From Gemmatimonadales bacterium (GTDB lineage Bacteria > Gemmatimonadota > Gemmatimonadetes > Gemmatimonadales > Gemmatimonadaceae), in assembly GCA_038249795.1 (NCBI GenBank), contig JBBSCZ010000001.1:1-42365 (forward strand): a DNA stretch of 42,365 nt, given 5' to 3'. Shown in pieces: positions 25,603 through 35,020 of the stretch. The position numbers and the translations under genes are program-made. How positions within the stretch are numbered: position 1 is the first letter of the stretch; each line of letters opens with the position of its first letter. The notes under the pieces were generated by a model that saw nothing but the letters and a program-made list of their open reading frames with translations, was not told the DNA's origin and ran no database searches.

Positions 25603-26186
25603 TTCTCACTCCCCCATTCAATCCCGCGCGCAACCAGATAGCCACGGAGATCAGACAAACCACGGTACAGCAGATTCCGGGTCTTGGCCTCACTCCAACC
25701 GAGGAGCGCCTCGATCTCATCGCGGCGAAATCCCTCGAGGTGCAGTTTGACCACAGTCCGGCGAGACAGCCCCAACGATTTCACGCCGGCCTGAACGACG
25801 ATGCCAAGCGATGCCGCCTCTGCGTCGGCGTCGGGTCCCGGCCCTGGAGCGGGTAACGGGAGATCCTCGACCGGGTCGTGCATTGCAGCGCGGCGGCGAC
25901 GGCGCAGCAGATCCAGAATCGCAGTCGTGACCACGCGTTGCAGATAAGACGCAGAAAGCTTCGTGATGTTCTCAGGGTTTCCGCACACCCGCCACAAACG
26001 GATGCGGACTTCCTGCTCAGCCTCCCCGATGTCACTGGGTGGAAGCCGGTAGCGGGCCCCAGTGGCGCGAATTGAGCCCGAAAAGCGCCGAACGATTTCA
26101 TCCAGCAACAGGGAGAGCTGCCGGTCGTCTGGTGGCGCATCGTCGCCGGACTCGTCCTGTGCCCCCCCGCCCGGTCTGCGGATCAC
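25599..26186 (-). CDS. ECF-type RNA polymerase sigma factor
   Basis: 195 aa. It has a region 2-like segment (EQEVRIRLWRV...YLQRVVTTAILDLLRRRRR) and a region 4 HTH (RRDEIEALLGWSEAKTRNLLYRGLSDLR). The GTG start overlaps the fadJ stop. Confidence 0.8.
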   Translation of the reverse strand: MIRRPGGGAQDESGDDAPPDDRQLSLLLDEIVRRFSGSIRATGARYRLPPSDIGEAEQEVRIRLWRVCGNPENITKLSASYLQRVVTTAILDLLRRRRRAAMHDPVEDLPLPAPGPGPDADAEAASLGIVVQAGVKSLGLSRRTVVKLHLEGFRRDEIEALLGWSEAKTRNLLYRGLSDLRGYLVARGIEWGSEK

Positions 26187-28351
26187 ACCGGCTTCCCCGT
26201 GGCTGGATGAAACCGCTCACCATTCGCAGCCATGTCACGCAGGCTCCCGGCAGCCTGATAGCGCCCCGGGAACTCGCGCTCCAGCGTATCCAGCGTCGCC
26301 ACCACAGCGGCGGCACCGGTGCGGTCGATGAAGCGGAACGGCCCGCCACGGAATGGCGGAAATCCGATGCCGAAGACCGCGCCGATGTCGCCGTCACGCG
26401 CTGAGCGGAGAATTCCATCCTCGAGACAGAGCACCGCCTCGTTGAGCATGGCATACACGCAACGCTGCACGATTCGCGCCGCACTTTCGGTGCTGCGCTT
26501 CTGGCCGGTGGGCAGCAGATCGTACACGCTGCTGTCGACGCCGCCCTTCTTGCCGGCATCGTCGTATTGGTAGAAGCCGCGCTTGCCCTTCCGTCCCAGA
26601 CGACCGGCGCGGATCACACGCGGTATCGACTCATTCGGCGCCATTCGTGCGCCGAAGGCTTCCGCGACGATCACACCGGCCTTCGAGGCGACGTCGAGCC
26701 CGACCTCGTCCACCAGCGTGATCGGCCCCACGGGGAAGCCGAACTTCACCAGCGCCTCATCGATCGCCTCGATGCTCACCCCTTCGTCGAGCAGCAGACC
26801 GGCCGCGTTCACGTAGGGCGCCAGCATCCGGTTGGCGTAGAAGCCCGGCCCGTCCCGCACCACGATCACCGTCTTGCCGAGCTTCCGTCCATAGGCCACC
26901 GCGCTCACCACCACCTCGGGATCGTTGCCCGGGTGCGTGATGATCTCGAGCAGCGGCATCTTGTGCACCGGCGAGAAGAAATGCATGCCGAGCACCCGCT
27001 CGGGACGCGCACTGACACTGGCGATGCGGCTGATCGGGATGGTACTGGTGTTGCTGGCGACGATCGCGCGCGGCGGCACCACTGCCTCGATCTCACGCAG
27101 CACCTGATGCTTCACCTGCAGGTCCTCGAACACGGCCTCGATGACCATGTCGACGCTGCCGAAGCCGGAGTAGTCGGTGGTGCCGCTGACGTTGAGCAGC
27201 AGGTCGTCGAACTGCGGGCGCGTGACCTGCTTCTTCACCAGCTTCTCGCGCATCACCTCACGCACGGCGGCCAGTCCCTTCGCCACGCGCGAGACGTCGG
27301 CGTCCTTCAGGCGCACGATGGTCCCGGCCGCACTGGCCACACTGGCGATGCCGGCGCCCATGAACCCCGCGCCGAGAATGCCAAGCCGCGACACCGGCAG
27401 CTGTTTTGGTAGATTTTCGATACCATCTACACCCTGGTCGCGCTTGAGCGCCGTGGTGGCGAAGAACAGGAACACCAGCTCCTGCGATTCGGGCGTCATG
27501 GCGAGCTCGCCGAAGAGGCGCGCCTCGGTCTGGTAGCCGTCGCCATCGCTGCCGTAGCCGGCGGCCACGGCGTCGAGCGCGGCGAGGGGCGCGGGATAGA
27601 GCCCCTTCGTCTTGGCCAGCACCCCTTCCTTCGCCTTCCGGAACACGATCGCGCGCCCGATCGGATTCTCGTCGAGCAGCATCTCGCTGGCCCCCTTCTG
27701 CTTCGCCTCTCGGCGACGGGTACCGGCGGCCAGTTCCTGCGCACGCTGCATTGCGACGCGGCGCAGGATGCTCGGATGCACCATCTCATCGACGAGGCCA
27801 AGCTGCAGCGCCTTCTTCGCCCGGACGGTCTTGCCGGTGAGAATCATGTCGAGCGCCGCCTGCAGGCCGATCAGCGCCGGGAGCCGCTGCGTGCCGCCGG
27901 CACCGGGAATGAGGCCGAGCTGCACCTCCGGAAGCGAGATGGCAGTCTTCGGACTGTCGGTGGCAATCCGCCAGTGCGTCGCCAGCGCCAGCTCGGTACC
28001 TCCGCCCAGGCAGCCGCCATGAATGGCACAGACCACCGGCTTGCCATCAGCCATGGCCTGAAATGCGGCGTGTCCGGAGCGCGAGGCCTGTTCGGCATCA
28101 GCGGCGGTCCGGAACGAGAGAAAGGCCTCGATGTCGGCGCCGGCGATGAAGTTGTCACGCTTGCCGCTGATCATGACCACGGCCTTGATGGCGGGATCAC
28201 GCTGAATGCTCGCGAACGCGTCGCGCAGCTCGTCCTGTGCCGAAGCGGTGAGCACGTTCACCGGCGAGCCCGGCAGGTCGATGGTGAGCACGGCAATGCC
28301 GTTCTCGACCTGCATGGTGATCGCGCGCTGGGAAGTTTCGGGTGCGGTCAT
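26183..28351 (-). CDS. fadJ: fatty-acid oxidation complex alpha subunit (enoyl-CoA hydratase / 3-hydroxyacyl-CoA dehydrogenase)
   Basis: 722 aa. The N-terminal crotonase has FIAGADI and GGCLGGGTELALA. The central domain has the NAD motif LGILGAGFMGAGIA. The thiolase-first gene order matches fadI-fadJ. Confidence 0.9.
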   Translation of the reverse strand: MTAPETSQRAITMQVENGIAVLTIDLPGSPVNVLTASAQDELRDAFASIQRDPAIKAVVMISGKRDNFIAGADIEAFLSFRTAADAEQASRSGHAAFQAMADGKPVVCAIHGGCLGGGTELALATHWRIATDSPKTAISLPEVQLGLIPGAGGTQRLPALIGLQAALDMILTGKTVRAKKALQLGLVDEMVHPSILRRVAMQRAQELAAGTRRREAKQKGASEMLLDENPIGRAIVFRKAKEGVLAKTKGLYPAPLAALDAVAAGYGSDGDGYQTEARLFGELAMTPESQELVFLFFATTALKRDQGVDGIENLPKQLPVSRLGILGAGFMGAGIASVASAAGTIVRLKDADVSRVAKGLAAVREVMREKLVKKQVTRPQFDDLLLNVSGTTDYSGFGSVDMVIEAVFEDLQVKHQVLREIEAVVPPRAIVASNTSTIPISRIASVSARPERVLGMHFFSPVHKMPLLEIITHPGNDPEVVVSAVAYGRKLGKTVIVVRDGPGFYANRMLAPYVNAAGLLLDEGVSIEAIDEALVKFGFPVGPITLVDEVGLDVASKAGVIVAEAFGARMAPNESIPRVIRAGRLGRKGKRGFYQYDDAGKKGGVDSSVYDLLPTGQKRSTESAARIVQRCVYAMLNEAVLCLEDGILRSARDGDIGAVFGIGFPPFRGGPFRFIDRTGAAAVVATLDTLEREFPGRYQAAGSLRDMAANGERFHPATGKPV

Positions 28352-28368
28352 GGCGGAGTGTGAAGGCG

Positions 28369-29670
28369 TCAGGCGCGTTCGATGACCATCGCAAAGCCGA
28401 GCCCGCCTGCGGCGCAGACCGTCAGCAGGCCGAACTGGCCACCGCGCCGGGTCAGTTCGTTGCAGAGCGTGGTCGTGATGCGTGCCCCGGTGGCACCGAA
28501 CGGGTGGCCGATCGCGAGCGAGCCGCCCATCACGTTCAACCTGGCGCGGTCGACTTCACCAACCGGCTTCGACAACCCGGCGCGCTCCGCCCACATCTGA
28601 CTCTCGAAGCCGCGCAGGTTGCTGAGCACCTGCGCGGCGAACGCCTCGTGCATCTCGATCAGGTCGATGTCGCCCAGCGTCAGTCCGGCGCGTGCCAGTG
28701 CCCTGGGCGCCGCGATGACGGGTGCCTGCAGCAACTGTTCCCCCGGATCCACCGCTGCGGTGGCGTAGCTGCGGATGAAGCCGATCGGCTGATATCCAAG
28801 CGCCGCCGCCTTTTCCTCGCTCATCAGGAGCAGGGCGCCGGCGCCATCGGTCAGCGGTGAAGCGTTACCGGCGGTGACGGTGCCGTAGCGCTTGTCGAAG
28901 ACCGGCTTCAGCGCGGCAAGCGCCTCGAGTGAGCTGTCCTCGCGCACACCGTTGTCGGTCGTGGCGATCTTGTCGTACTTCGGCGGCACGTAGACCGGAA
29001 ACATCTCGGCCGACAGACGCCCGTCGCGCAGTCCGGCGGCAGCGAGACGATGCGAACGAAGCGCAAAATCATCCTGCTCCTCCCGGGTGATGCCATTGAG
29101 CTTCGCCATCTTCTCGGCGCTCTGCCCCATGCTCTCGCCGGTGGTCGGTTCGGCGATCGCCGGAGCCACCGGCACCAGATCCTTCGGGCGCACCTTGGAG
29201 AAGGCGCTGAACTTCTGGGTGATGCTGCGGGCCTTGTTGGCAGCCATCAGCACATCCGTGAAGCCGGGCGAATGCAGGATCGGCACGTTGGACAGCGACT
29301 CCGCACCGCCGGCAATCACGCAATCCATCTGGCCCAGCGCGATCTGGTCGGCCGCATCGGCAATGGCCTGGTTGGCACTGGCACAGGCGCGACTCACGCT
29401 CCAGGCATCGACCGTCTTGCCGAGCAGTGGCATCAGCGAGACCTCGCGGGCGATGTTCGGCGCCTGCACGCTTTGCACGACGGTACCGAAGACGACCGCG
29501 TCGACGTCGGATCCGTTGAGATTCGTGCGCTGTATCAGCTCGGCGACGCAGAGTCGGCCCAGCTCGATGGCGGAGAGCGACTTGAAAAGCGTGCCGGCCT
29601 TGCTGAACGGGGTTCGAACTCCCGTAACGATGGCCACGCGACGCAGCAATGCATGCGATGTCATCATCAT
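28369..29670 (-). CDS. fadI: acetyl-CoA C-acyltransferase (thiolase)
   Basis: 433 aa. It has VSRACASANQA (active-site Cys), NGGSLAIGHPFGATG-like MGGSLAIGHPFGATGAR, and CAAGGLG. Confidence 0.9.
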   Translation of the reverse strand: MMMTSHALLRRVAIVTGVRTPFSKAGTLFKSLSAIELGRLCVAELIQRTNLNGSDVDAVVFGTVVQSVQAPNIAREVSLMPLLGKTVDAWSVSRACASANQAIADAADQIALGQMDCVIAGGAESLSNVPILHSPGFTDVLMAANKARSITQKFSAFSKVRPKDLVPVAPAIAEPTTGESMGQSAEKMAKLNGITREEQDDFALRSHRLAAAGLRDGRLSAEMFPVYVPPKYDKIATTDNGVREDSSLEALAALKPVFDKRYGTVTAGNASPLTDGAGALLLMSEEKAAALGYQPIGFIRSYATAAVDPGEQLLQAPVIAAPRALARAGLTLGDIDLIEMHEAFAAQVLSNLRGFESQMWAERAGLSKPVGEVDRARLNVMGGSLAIGHPFGATGARITTTLCNELTRRGGQFGLLTVCAAGGLGFAMVIERA

Positions 29671-29694
29671 AAGTTAGCCGTCGGAAACGGACGT

Positions 29695-31416
29695 GTGCCA
29701 TGTACGTTCACCGAGAGCGACCCACCGAACCCGCACGTCCTCACTGTGCCCCTGCCCTTCCAGCACGATCCGCTTCGCACACCGGCTCTGGGCCTCGCAT
29801 CCCGAGGGCTGACCTGGACGGCGCTCCAGGGCGCGCCGTTCGACCTGCTGGTGGTGGGGGGCGGCATCACCGGTGCGGGCGTGGCGCGCGATGCGGCGCT
29901 GCGCGGGCTGCGCGTGGCACTGGTGGAAGCCGACGACTGGGCCAGCGGTACGTCGTCGCGGTCATCGCGTCTGGTGCATGGCGGGGTGCGCTATCTGGAG
30001 CATGGGCACCTGCACCTGGTGTTCGAGGCGAGTCGGGAGCGTCGCACGCTGCTGAAGATCGCGCCTCACCTGGTGCGCCCGCTGCGCTTCACCTGGCCGG
30101 TGTATGCCGGCGCGCGCATCGCCCGCTGGAAGCTGCGCGCCGGGCTGCTGGCGTACGACGTGTTGTCGCTGTTCCGCAACGTCGGCACGCACCACGGTGC
30201 CTCGCGGCAGACCATTCTGCAGCGCGAGCCGGCGATGCGCAGCGACGGGCTGCTTGGCGGCGCGCGCTACTGGGACGCCAGCACCGACGACGTGCGGCTG
30301 ACGCTCGCGAACGTGCTGTCAGCCGCCGAGGCGGGAGCGGTGGTCATGAATCACGTGGCGGTGAGTGCGTTCGCGCACGACGCGGGTGCGCGGGTGTGCG
30401 GCGCTCAGGTGATCGACCGCACCACGGGCTTGCAGGCGATGGTGGCGGCGCGGGTGGTGGTCAATGCCACGGGTCCGTGGAGCGATGTGACACGGCGCAT
30501 GGATGACGGCGCGGACCATGCCGCGGTTCTCGGCAGCAAGGGGGTGCACATCGCCGTGCCGCGTGCGCGCGTGCCCTGCCAGGATGCACTCACGCTCCTC
30601 CATCCCGACGACGGACGGGTGTTCTTCATTCTGCCGTCGCCGGTGCACACGATCATCGGCACCACCGAGACACCGGCCGCCACCGGTCCGCAGAGCGTGC
30701 GCGCGAATCGCAGTGACGTGACGTACCTGTTGCGGGCCGCGAATCACTTCTTTCCGGCGGCCCATCTCGAGGCGTCGGAGGTGATCAGCGCGTGGGCCGG
30801 CATCCGGCCGCTGGTGGCGCACGCCGGCGAGTCGGCCAACGATGCGTCGCGCGAGCATCACATCGGTGTGTCGGCGAGCGGCCTCCTGTCCGTGACCGGC
30901 GGCAAGCTCACGACGTATCGCGCGATGGCGGCGGAGATCGTGGATCAGGTGGAACGCGCCGCCGGTCGCGCCACGCTCACCGCGTCGGTGACGGGCGATG
31001 CACTGCTGCCCGGTGCCGGCGACATCTCGCATGAGCGTGAGCTGCACCAGGCGTTGGACGCGATCCGCGATACCGCACTGGCCACGCAGCTGGTGCGTGC
31101 GTACGGCGACCGATGGCGCATGGTCTGGGGTCTGGTGGAACGCGAGCCGCTGCTGGGCGAGCGCCTCGATCCCGACCTGCCCTACATCGCCGCCGAAGTC
31201 GTGTGGGCCGCCGTCGCCGAAGGAGCGTGTACCGTGGCCGACGTGCTGGTGCGGCGTATGCCGGTTGCGTACGAGCGCCAGGATGCGGGGCGCGCACTGG
31301 CGCCGCAGGTGGCAGCGCTGCTGGGTCGTGTGCATGGATGGGACGATGCCATGATGCTCACGGCAGTCGCGGCATTCGATGCAGATGCGGGGCGATTGTT
31401 CGGCATCGACGATTGA
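29695..31416 (+). CDS. glpD: FAD-dependent glycerol-3-phosphate dehydrogenase
   Basis: Motifs: FDLLVVGGGITGAGVARDAALRG, SGTSSRSSRLVHGGVRYLE, GGKLTTYR. No ATG lies downstream of the thiolase gene. GTG at 29695 or 29746 is possible, and upstream ORF sequence is discarded. Confidence 0.85.
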   Translation: MPCTFTESDPPNPHVLTVPLPFQHDPLRTPALGLASRGLTWTALQGAPFDLLVVGGGITGAGVARDAALRGLRVALVEADDWASGTSSRSSRLVHGGVRYLEHGHLHLVFEASRERRTLLKIAPHLVRPLRFTWPVYAGARIARWKLRAGLLAYDVLSLFRNVGTHHGASRQTILQREPAMRSDGLLGGARYWDASTDDVRLTLANVLSAAEAGAVVMNHVAVSAFAHDAGARVCGAQVIDRTTGLQAMVAARVVVNATGPWSDVTRRMDDGADHAAVLGSKGVHIAVPRARVPCQDALTLLHPDDGRVFFILPSPVHTIIGTTETPAATGPQSVRANRSDVTYLLRAANHFFPAAHLEASEVISAWAGIRPLVAHAGESANDASREHHIGVSASGLLSVTGGKLTTYRAMAAEIVDQVERAAGRATLTASVTGDALLPGAGDISHERELHQALDAIRDTALATQLVRAYGDRWRMVWGLVEREPLLGERLDPDLPYIAAEVVWAAVAEGACTVADVLVRRMPVAYERQDAGRALAPQVAALLGRVHGWDDAMMLTAVAAFDADAGRLFGIDD

Positions 31417-31423
31417 CGGACGG

Positions 31424-33511
31424 TCAGCGCCTTTCGTCGCCGAGTCGCGGAGCGTCGGTCAGCTCTCGATTCAAAAGCGTCACATGGCGCCGAGCCGTCG
31501 CGACCAGCTCCGCGATTTCAAAAGGCTTCTCGAGCATTTCGTTGGACACTCCCGCGAGAAAATCACGCACCGCGTCACGCGTCGCGCCCGCCGTCACGAA
31601 GACGAAGCGATCGGCGAGTACCGGATACCGTTCCTTCACGCGCTGATACAGCTCGGCGCCGGTGATGTGCGGCATCATGATGTCGCTGAACACCACGTCG
31701 AACGTCTGATCACTGAAGAGGATGCGTTCCGCCTCTCTCGAGTCACTGACCGCCGTCACGTCGTGCTCGCGCGACAGTGCGCGTCGCATGATCGAGCGCA
31801 CGGCGGCATCGTCATCGACGATCAGGATTCGTCCACGCCGCCCACCGACCGGGATGGTGACCGCTGGCCACTGCTCGTCCAGATCCCGTGCCACCTGCAA
31901 CGTGACGTGGAAGGTTGCGCCGGCGCCGGGCGTCGACGCGACGGTCAGCTCACCACCAAGTGCCACGACGATCCCGCGTGACACCGCCAATCCAAGGCCG
32001 GTGCCTTCGCCGACGGGTTTGGTGGTGAAGAATGGATCGAAGATACGTGCGAGCAGGTCCGCAGGAATTCCGGGGCCGTTGTCGACCACGGAGAGCTGCA
32101 CACGATCGCCAGCGAGGCAGCGCCCTTCGATGGTGACACGATTGGCGTCCGGGTCAGCGCGCTCGAAGGCCTGCGCTGCGTTGACGAGCAGGTTCACCAG
32201 CACCTGCGTCAGTCGCGATTCGTCACCAAGTACCGGCGGCAACCCGCCGAGATCGACACGCACCGTGGCCTTCTGCCGCAGCTCGTGGATCGCCATGCTG
32301 ATCGAGGTATCGGCAACGGCTTCGAGATCGATGGCGTGCAGCGCGAAGTCCTCGCGCGCGAGTGAGCGAAGCGCACGCACGATCCGACGAATGCGCTCGG
32401 TGCCGACCTTGGCCTCGCCGAGCATCTCGAGCAGGTCGCGCATCCGCGCGGAGGGGGACGGCCCGGCAAGCGTGCGCAGCTCCTCGAGCGCCAAATCGAT
32501 GTTGCCCATCACGAACGCCAGCGGGTTGTTGATCTCATGACCCACACCGGCAACCAGCGTACCGGTCATCACCAGGCGGTCCTGCTGTGCCAGTCGCTCA
32601 CCGGCCCGCCGGATCTCCGACACGTCGCGAAAGGTCGTCACCACCTCGAGTGCGCCGCCATCAACGGTGCGCATCGGGATCGAGTTGATCCGGAGCCAGG
32701 TGAGCTCGCCGGATGGCTTGTACAAACCCATGAGCACGTTCTGTTGGTCTACACCTGTGTGCAGCGCACGCATCACCGGATGCTCGTCAGTCGGAAACGG
32801 TGTGCCATCCTCACGAACCGTCCGCCATGACGGCGCCAGCGAGGACCGGCCGCGGAGATGTTCATCGGTCAGCCCGAGGATCGCGGATGCGGCACGGTTG
32901 TTCGTGACGATGTGGCCCGATGCATTCTGGACGACCACGCCTTCGGCCATGGCGTCGAACAGGACACTGAGCTGTGCGACTGCCGCGCGTGCTGCCGCTT
33001 CGTCGGCGAGCGCGCGCATGCGCATCCGTCGCTTCTCGAGCAGATACACGACCTGCTTCCCGAGGCGTTCGAGTGCATCGAGCTGGCCTGGTGTCGCGTT
33101 TCGCGGCACGACATCGATCGCGCACAGGGTTCCGATGCTGAAGCCCTCAGGTGTCCGCAACGGCGTACCCGCATAGAAGCGAACGCCCGGCTCGCCAATG
33201 ACGAGCGGATCGTCGGCAAACCGGCTGTCCGCCAGCGCGTCGGGGATGACGAGCGCCTGATCGTCCCTCATGGCGTGATCGCAGAACGACACGCTTCGCG
33301 GCAGCTCGGACATTTCGATCCCGACGCGCGCCTTGAACCACTGACGATCCACGTCGACGAGCGAAATCAGCGCGATCGGTGCCTGAAAGATGTGGGCCGC
33401 GATCTGCGCCAGATCATCGAACGCCTCCTCCATGGGAGTGTCGAGCACCGCGAACGAGTAAAGCGATGCGAGCCGCTCGACTTCGTTGGCAGGAATGTCA
33501 GGGATCTTCAT
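31424..33511 (-). CDS. cytoplasmic GAF-PAS hybrid sensor histidine kinase / response regulator
   Basis: 695 aa with an N-terminal GAF. It has the H-box GVGHEINNPLAF, DNGPGIP...GTGLGLAVS, and the receiver ILIVDDDAAV...FSDIMMPHITG...KP. Confidence 0.85.
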   Translation of the reverse strand: MKIPDIPANEVERLASLYSFAVLDTPMEEAFDDLAQIAAHIFQAPIALISLVDVDRQWFKARVGIEMSELPRSVSFCDHAMRDDQALVIPDALADSRFADDPLVIGEPGVRFYAGTPLRTPEGFSIGTLCAIDVVPRNATPGQLDALERLGKQVVYLLEKRRMRMRALADEAAARAAVAQLSVLFDAMAEGVVVQNASGHIVTNNRAASAILGLTDEHLRGRSSLAPSWRTVREDGTPFPTDEHPVMRALHTGVDQQNVLMGLYKPSGELTWLRINSIPMRTVDGGALEVVTTFRDVSEIRRAGERLAQQDRLVMTGTLVAGVGHEINNPLAFVMGNIDLALEELRTLAGPSPSARMRDLLEMLGEAKVGTERIRRIVRALRSLAREDFALHAIDLEAVADTSISMAIHELRQKATVRVDLGGLPPVLGDESRLTQVLVNLLVNAAQAFERADPDANRVTIEGRCLAGDRVQLSVVDNGPGIPADLLARIFDPFFTTKPVGEGTGLGLAVSRGIVVALGGELTVASTPGAGATFHVTLQVARDLDEQWPAVTIPVGGRRGRILIVDDDAAVRSIMRRALSREHDVTAVSDSREAERILFSDQTFDVVFSDIMMPHITGAELYQRVKERYPVLADRFVFVTAGATRDAVRDFLAGVSNEMLEKPFEIAELVATARRHVTLLNRELTDAPRLGDERR

Positions 33512-33577
33512 CGAGGCACCGGAAGTGCTGAGGCGTGCTGGTGAACGCTCGCTGTTCGGCCGAACGGCACGCCGGAG

Positions 33578-34054
33578 TCAGGCGTCGGCAATCTCGTGAA
33601 AGGTCACGAGGCCGACGATCTTGAGCCGGCGGGTGCGCGTCGGCAGCTTGAGGAGTGCCAGTTCGCCGACCGTCTTGTTCTGCAGCGCCAGACCGATCGG
33701 CGACGACATGCTGACCTGCCCCTCGATGAGCTCACCGCCGTCGCCGAAGACGAGCTCATATACTTCACGCTCCTCGGTGACCTGATCCTCGACCGTGACG
33801 CGGCTACCCAGGCCGACGCGATCGGTGGGGATCTGCGAGACGTCGATGTCGGAAAGCTTGCTGAGGCGCTGGACCAGCTGGCCCAGGCGTGCCTGTACGA
33901 AGCGCTGACGCTCGAGGGCCGCCTTGTACTCGCTGTTCTCGCGCAGGTCACCATGGTCGACGGCCTTCTTGATCTCCTGCGGCAGCGTCACGGCCAACTC
34001 GTGCCGGAGCTTGGCGACTTCACTCCCGAGTTTTTCCTTGAGGGCTTCGATCAT
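33578..34054 (-). CDS. greA: transcription elongation factor GreA
   Basis: ATG at 34054 gives 158 aa. It has the coiled-coil GDLRENSEYKAALERQ and the C-terminal domain ISMSSPIGLALQNKTVGE. Confidence 0.85.
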   Translation of the reverse strand: MIEALKEKLGSEVAKLRHELAVTLPQEIKKAVDHGDLRENSEYKAALERQRFVQARLGQLVQRLSKLSDIDVSQIPTDRVGLGSRVTVEDQVTEEREVYELVFGDGGELIEGQVSMSSPIGLALQNKTVGELALLKLPTRTRRLKIVGLVTFHEIADA

Positions 34055-34209
34055 GGAACCAACCGTTGCTGCAGGGGGGAAACGACTGCGCCCAGCCATC
34101 GAGGGCCGGGCGGGTCAGTGGAAGCTACCCGGCGCGTATTCGGGGCACAACACGACGCTCCGCCCGCAGAGCACGGGGTGCGGATCCGCCGGGAATTGCG
34201 CGTCAAAGG

Positions 34210-35019
34210 ATGTTTGATACCCGTCGGCACGACGGGGTCACCGAATGGCGATTCAGCTCACTCGGCAGCCGGCTGGCAGGCTACGCGGCCAGCACGTTCC
34301 TGACCGCCGATGATATTCTGATCGACACCGGCATTCCGGCAGCGCGACGCGAATTCGCCCGCCTGCTGCGAGGAAGCCGCGTGCGTGGCGTGATCGTCAC
34401 GCACCATCACGAGGACCACGCCGGCAATGTCGAACTCGTGGCGGCGCGCGGCCTGCCGCTCTGGATTGCCCCAGCGACCCAACCGCTGCTGCAGGACGTG
34501 GCACCGATCGGTGCGTACCGGCGCGTCACCTGGACCGCGATGACTCCGCTCACCTCACTCGTGAGGCCCTTCGATCCCGGTTCGCTCGAGGTGCTGCCGG
34601 CGCCCGGCCATTGCGCCGATCACCACGTCGTGTGGGATGCCGCGAGTCGCACACTCTTCGCCGGCGACCTGTTTCTCGGCGTCGCCGTCCGCGTCGCGCA
34701 TCACGACGAGGACCTGTGGGACTCGATCGAGTCGCTCGAGCGCATTGCGGCGCTGGAGCCTGAACGGATGTTCTGCGCGCACCGCGGTCTGGTGCCCGAC
34801 GCTGCCGCCGCACTGCGCGCCAAAGCCGAGTGGACGCGACGGATGATCGACACGGTGCAGACCGAAATCGCCCACGGACGATCGGACGATGCAATTCTAC
34901 GCACCGTGCTCGGCGGCGAGTCGGTCACCGGCTGGGCGAGCGCCGGCGAATACTCACGGCGCAACTTCATCGATCTCGTACGCAGACATCTCACGAAGCC
35001 AGCACCGACGCAGCCCTGA
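34210..35019 (+). CDS. MBL-fold metallo-hydrolase
   Basis: ATG at 34210. It has VIVTHHHEDHAGN (HxHxDH) and a later PAPGHCADH. Confidence 0.75.
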   Translation: MFDTRRHDGVTEWRFSSLGSRLAGYAASTFLTADDILIDTGIPAARREFARLLRGSRVRGVIVTHHHEDHAGNVELVAARGLPLWIAPATQPLLQDVAPIGAYRRVTWTAMTPLTSLVRPFDPGSLEVLPAPGHCADHHVVWDAASRTLFAGDLFLGVAVRVAHHDEDLWDSIESLERIAALEPERMFCAHRGLVPDAAAALRAKAEWTRRMIDTVQTEIAHGRSDDAILRTVLGGESVTGWASAGEYSRRNFIDLVRRHLTKPAPTQP

Positions 35020-35020
35020 C

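Noticed and set aside
29612-29626. GGGGTTCGAACTCCC, which resembles a tRNA T-arm.
   Set aside because: It lies inside the thiolase coding sequence. I could not build an acceptor, D or anticodon arm around it.
29050-29694. An N-terminal 215-aa extension of the glpD ORF. Likewise 7703-8146 for the DHS-like ORF and 34066-34209 for the MBL ORF.
   Set aside because: The extensions overlap well-supported neighbouring genes and lack homology-like features. The conserved N-termini begin downstream.
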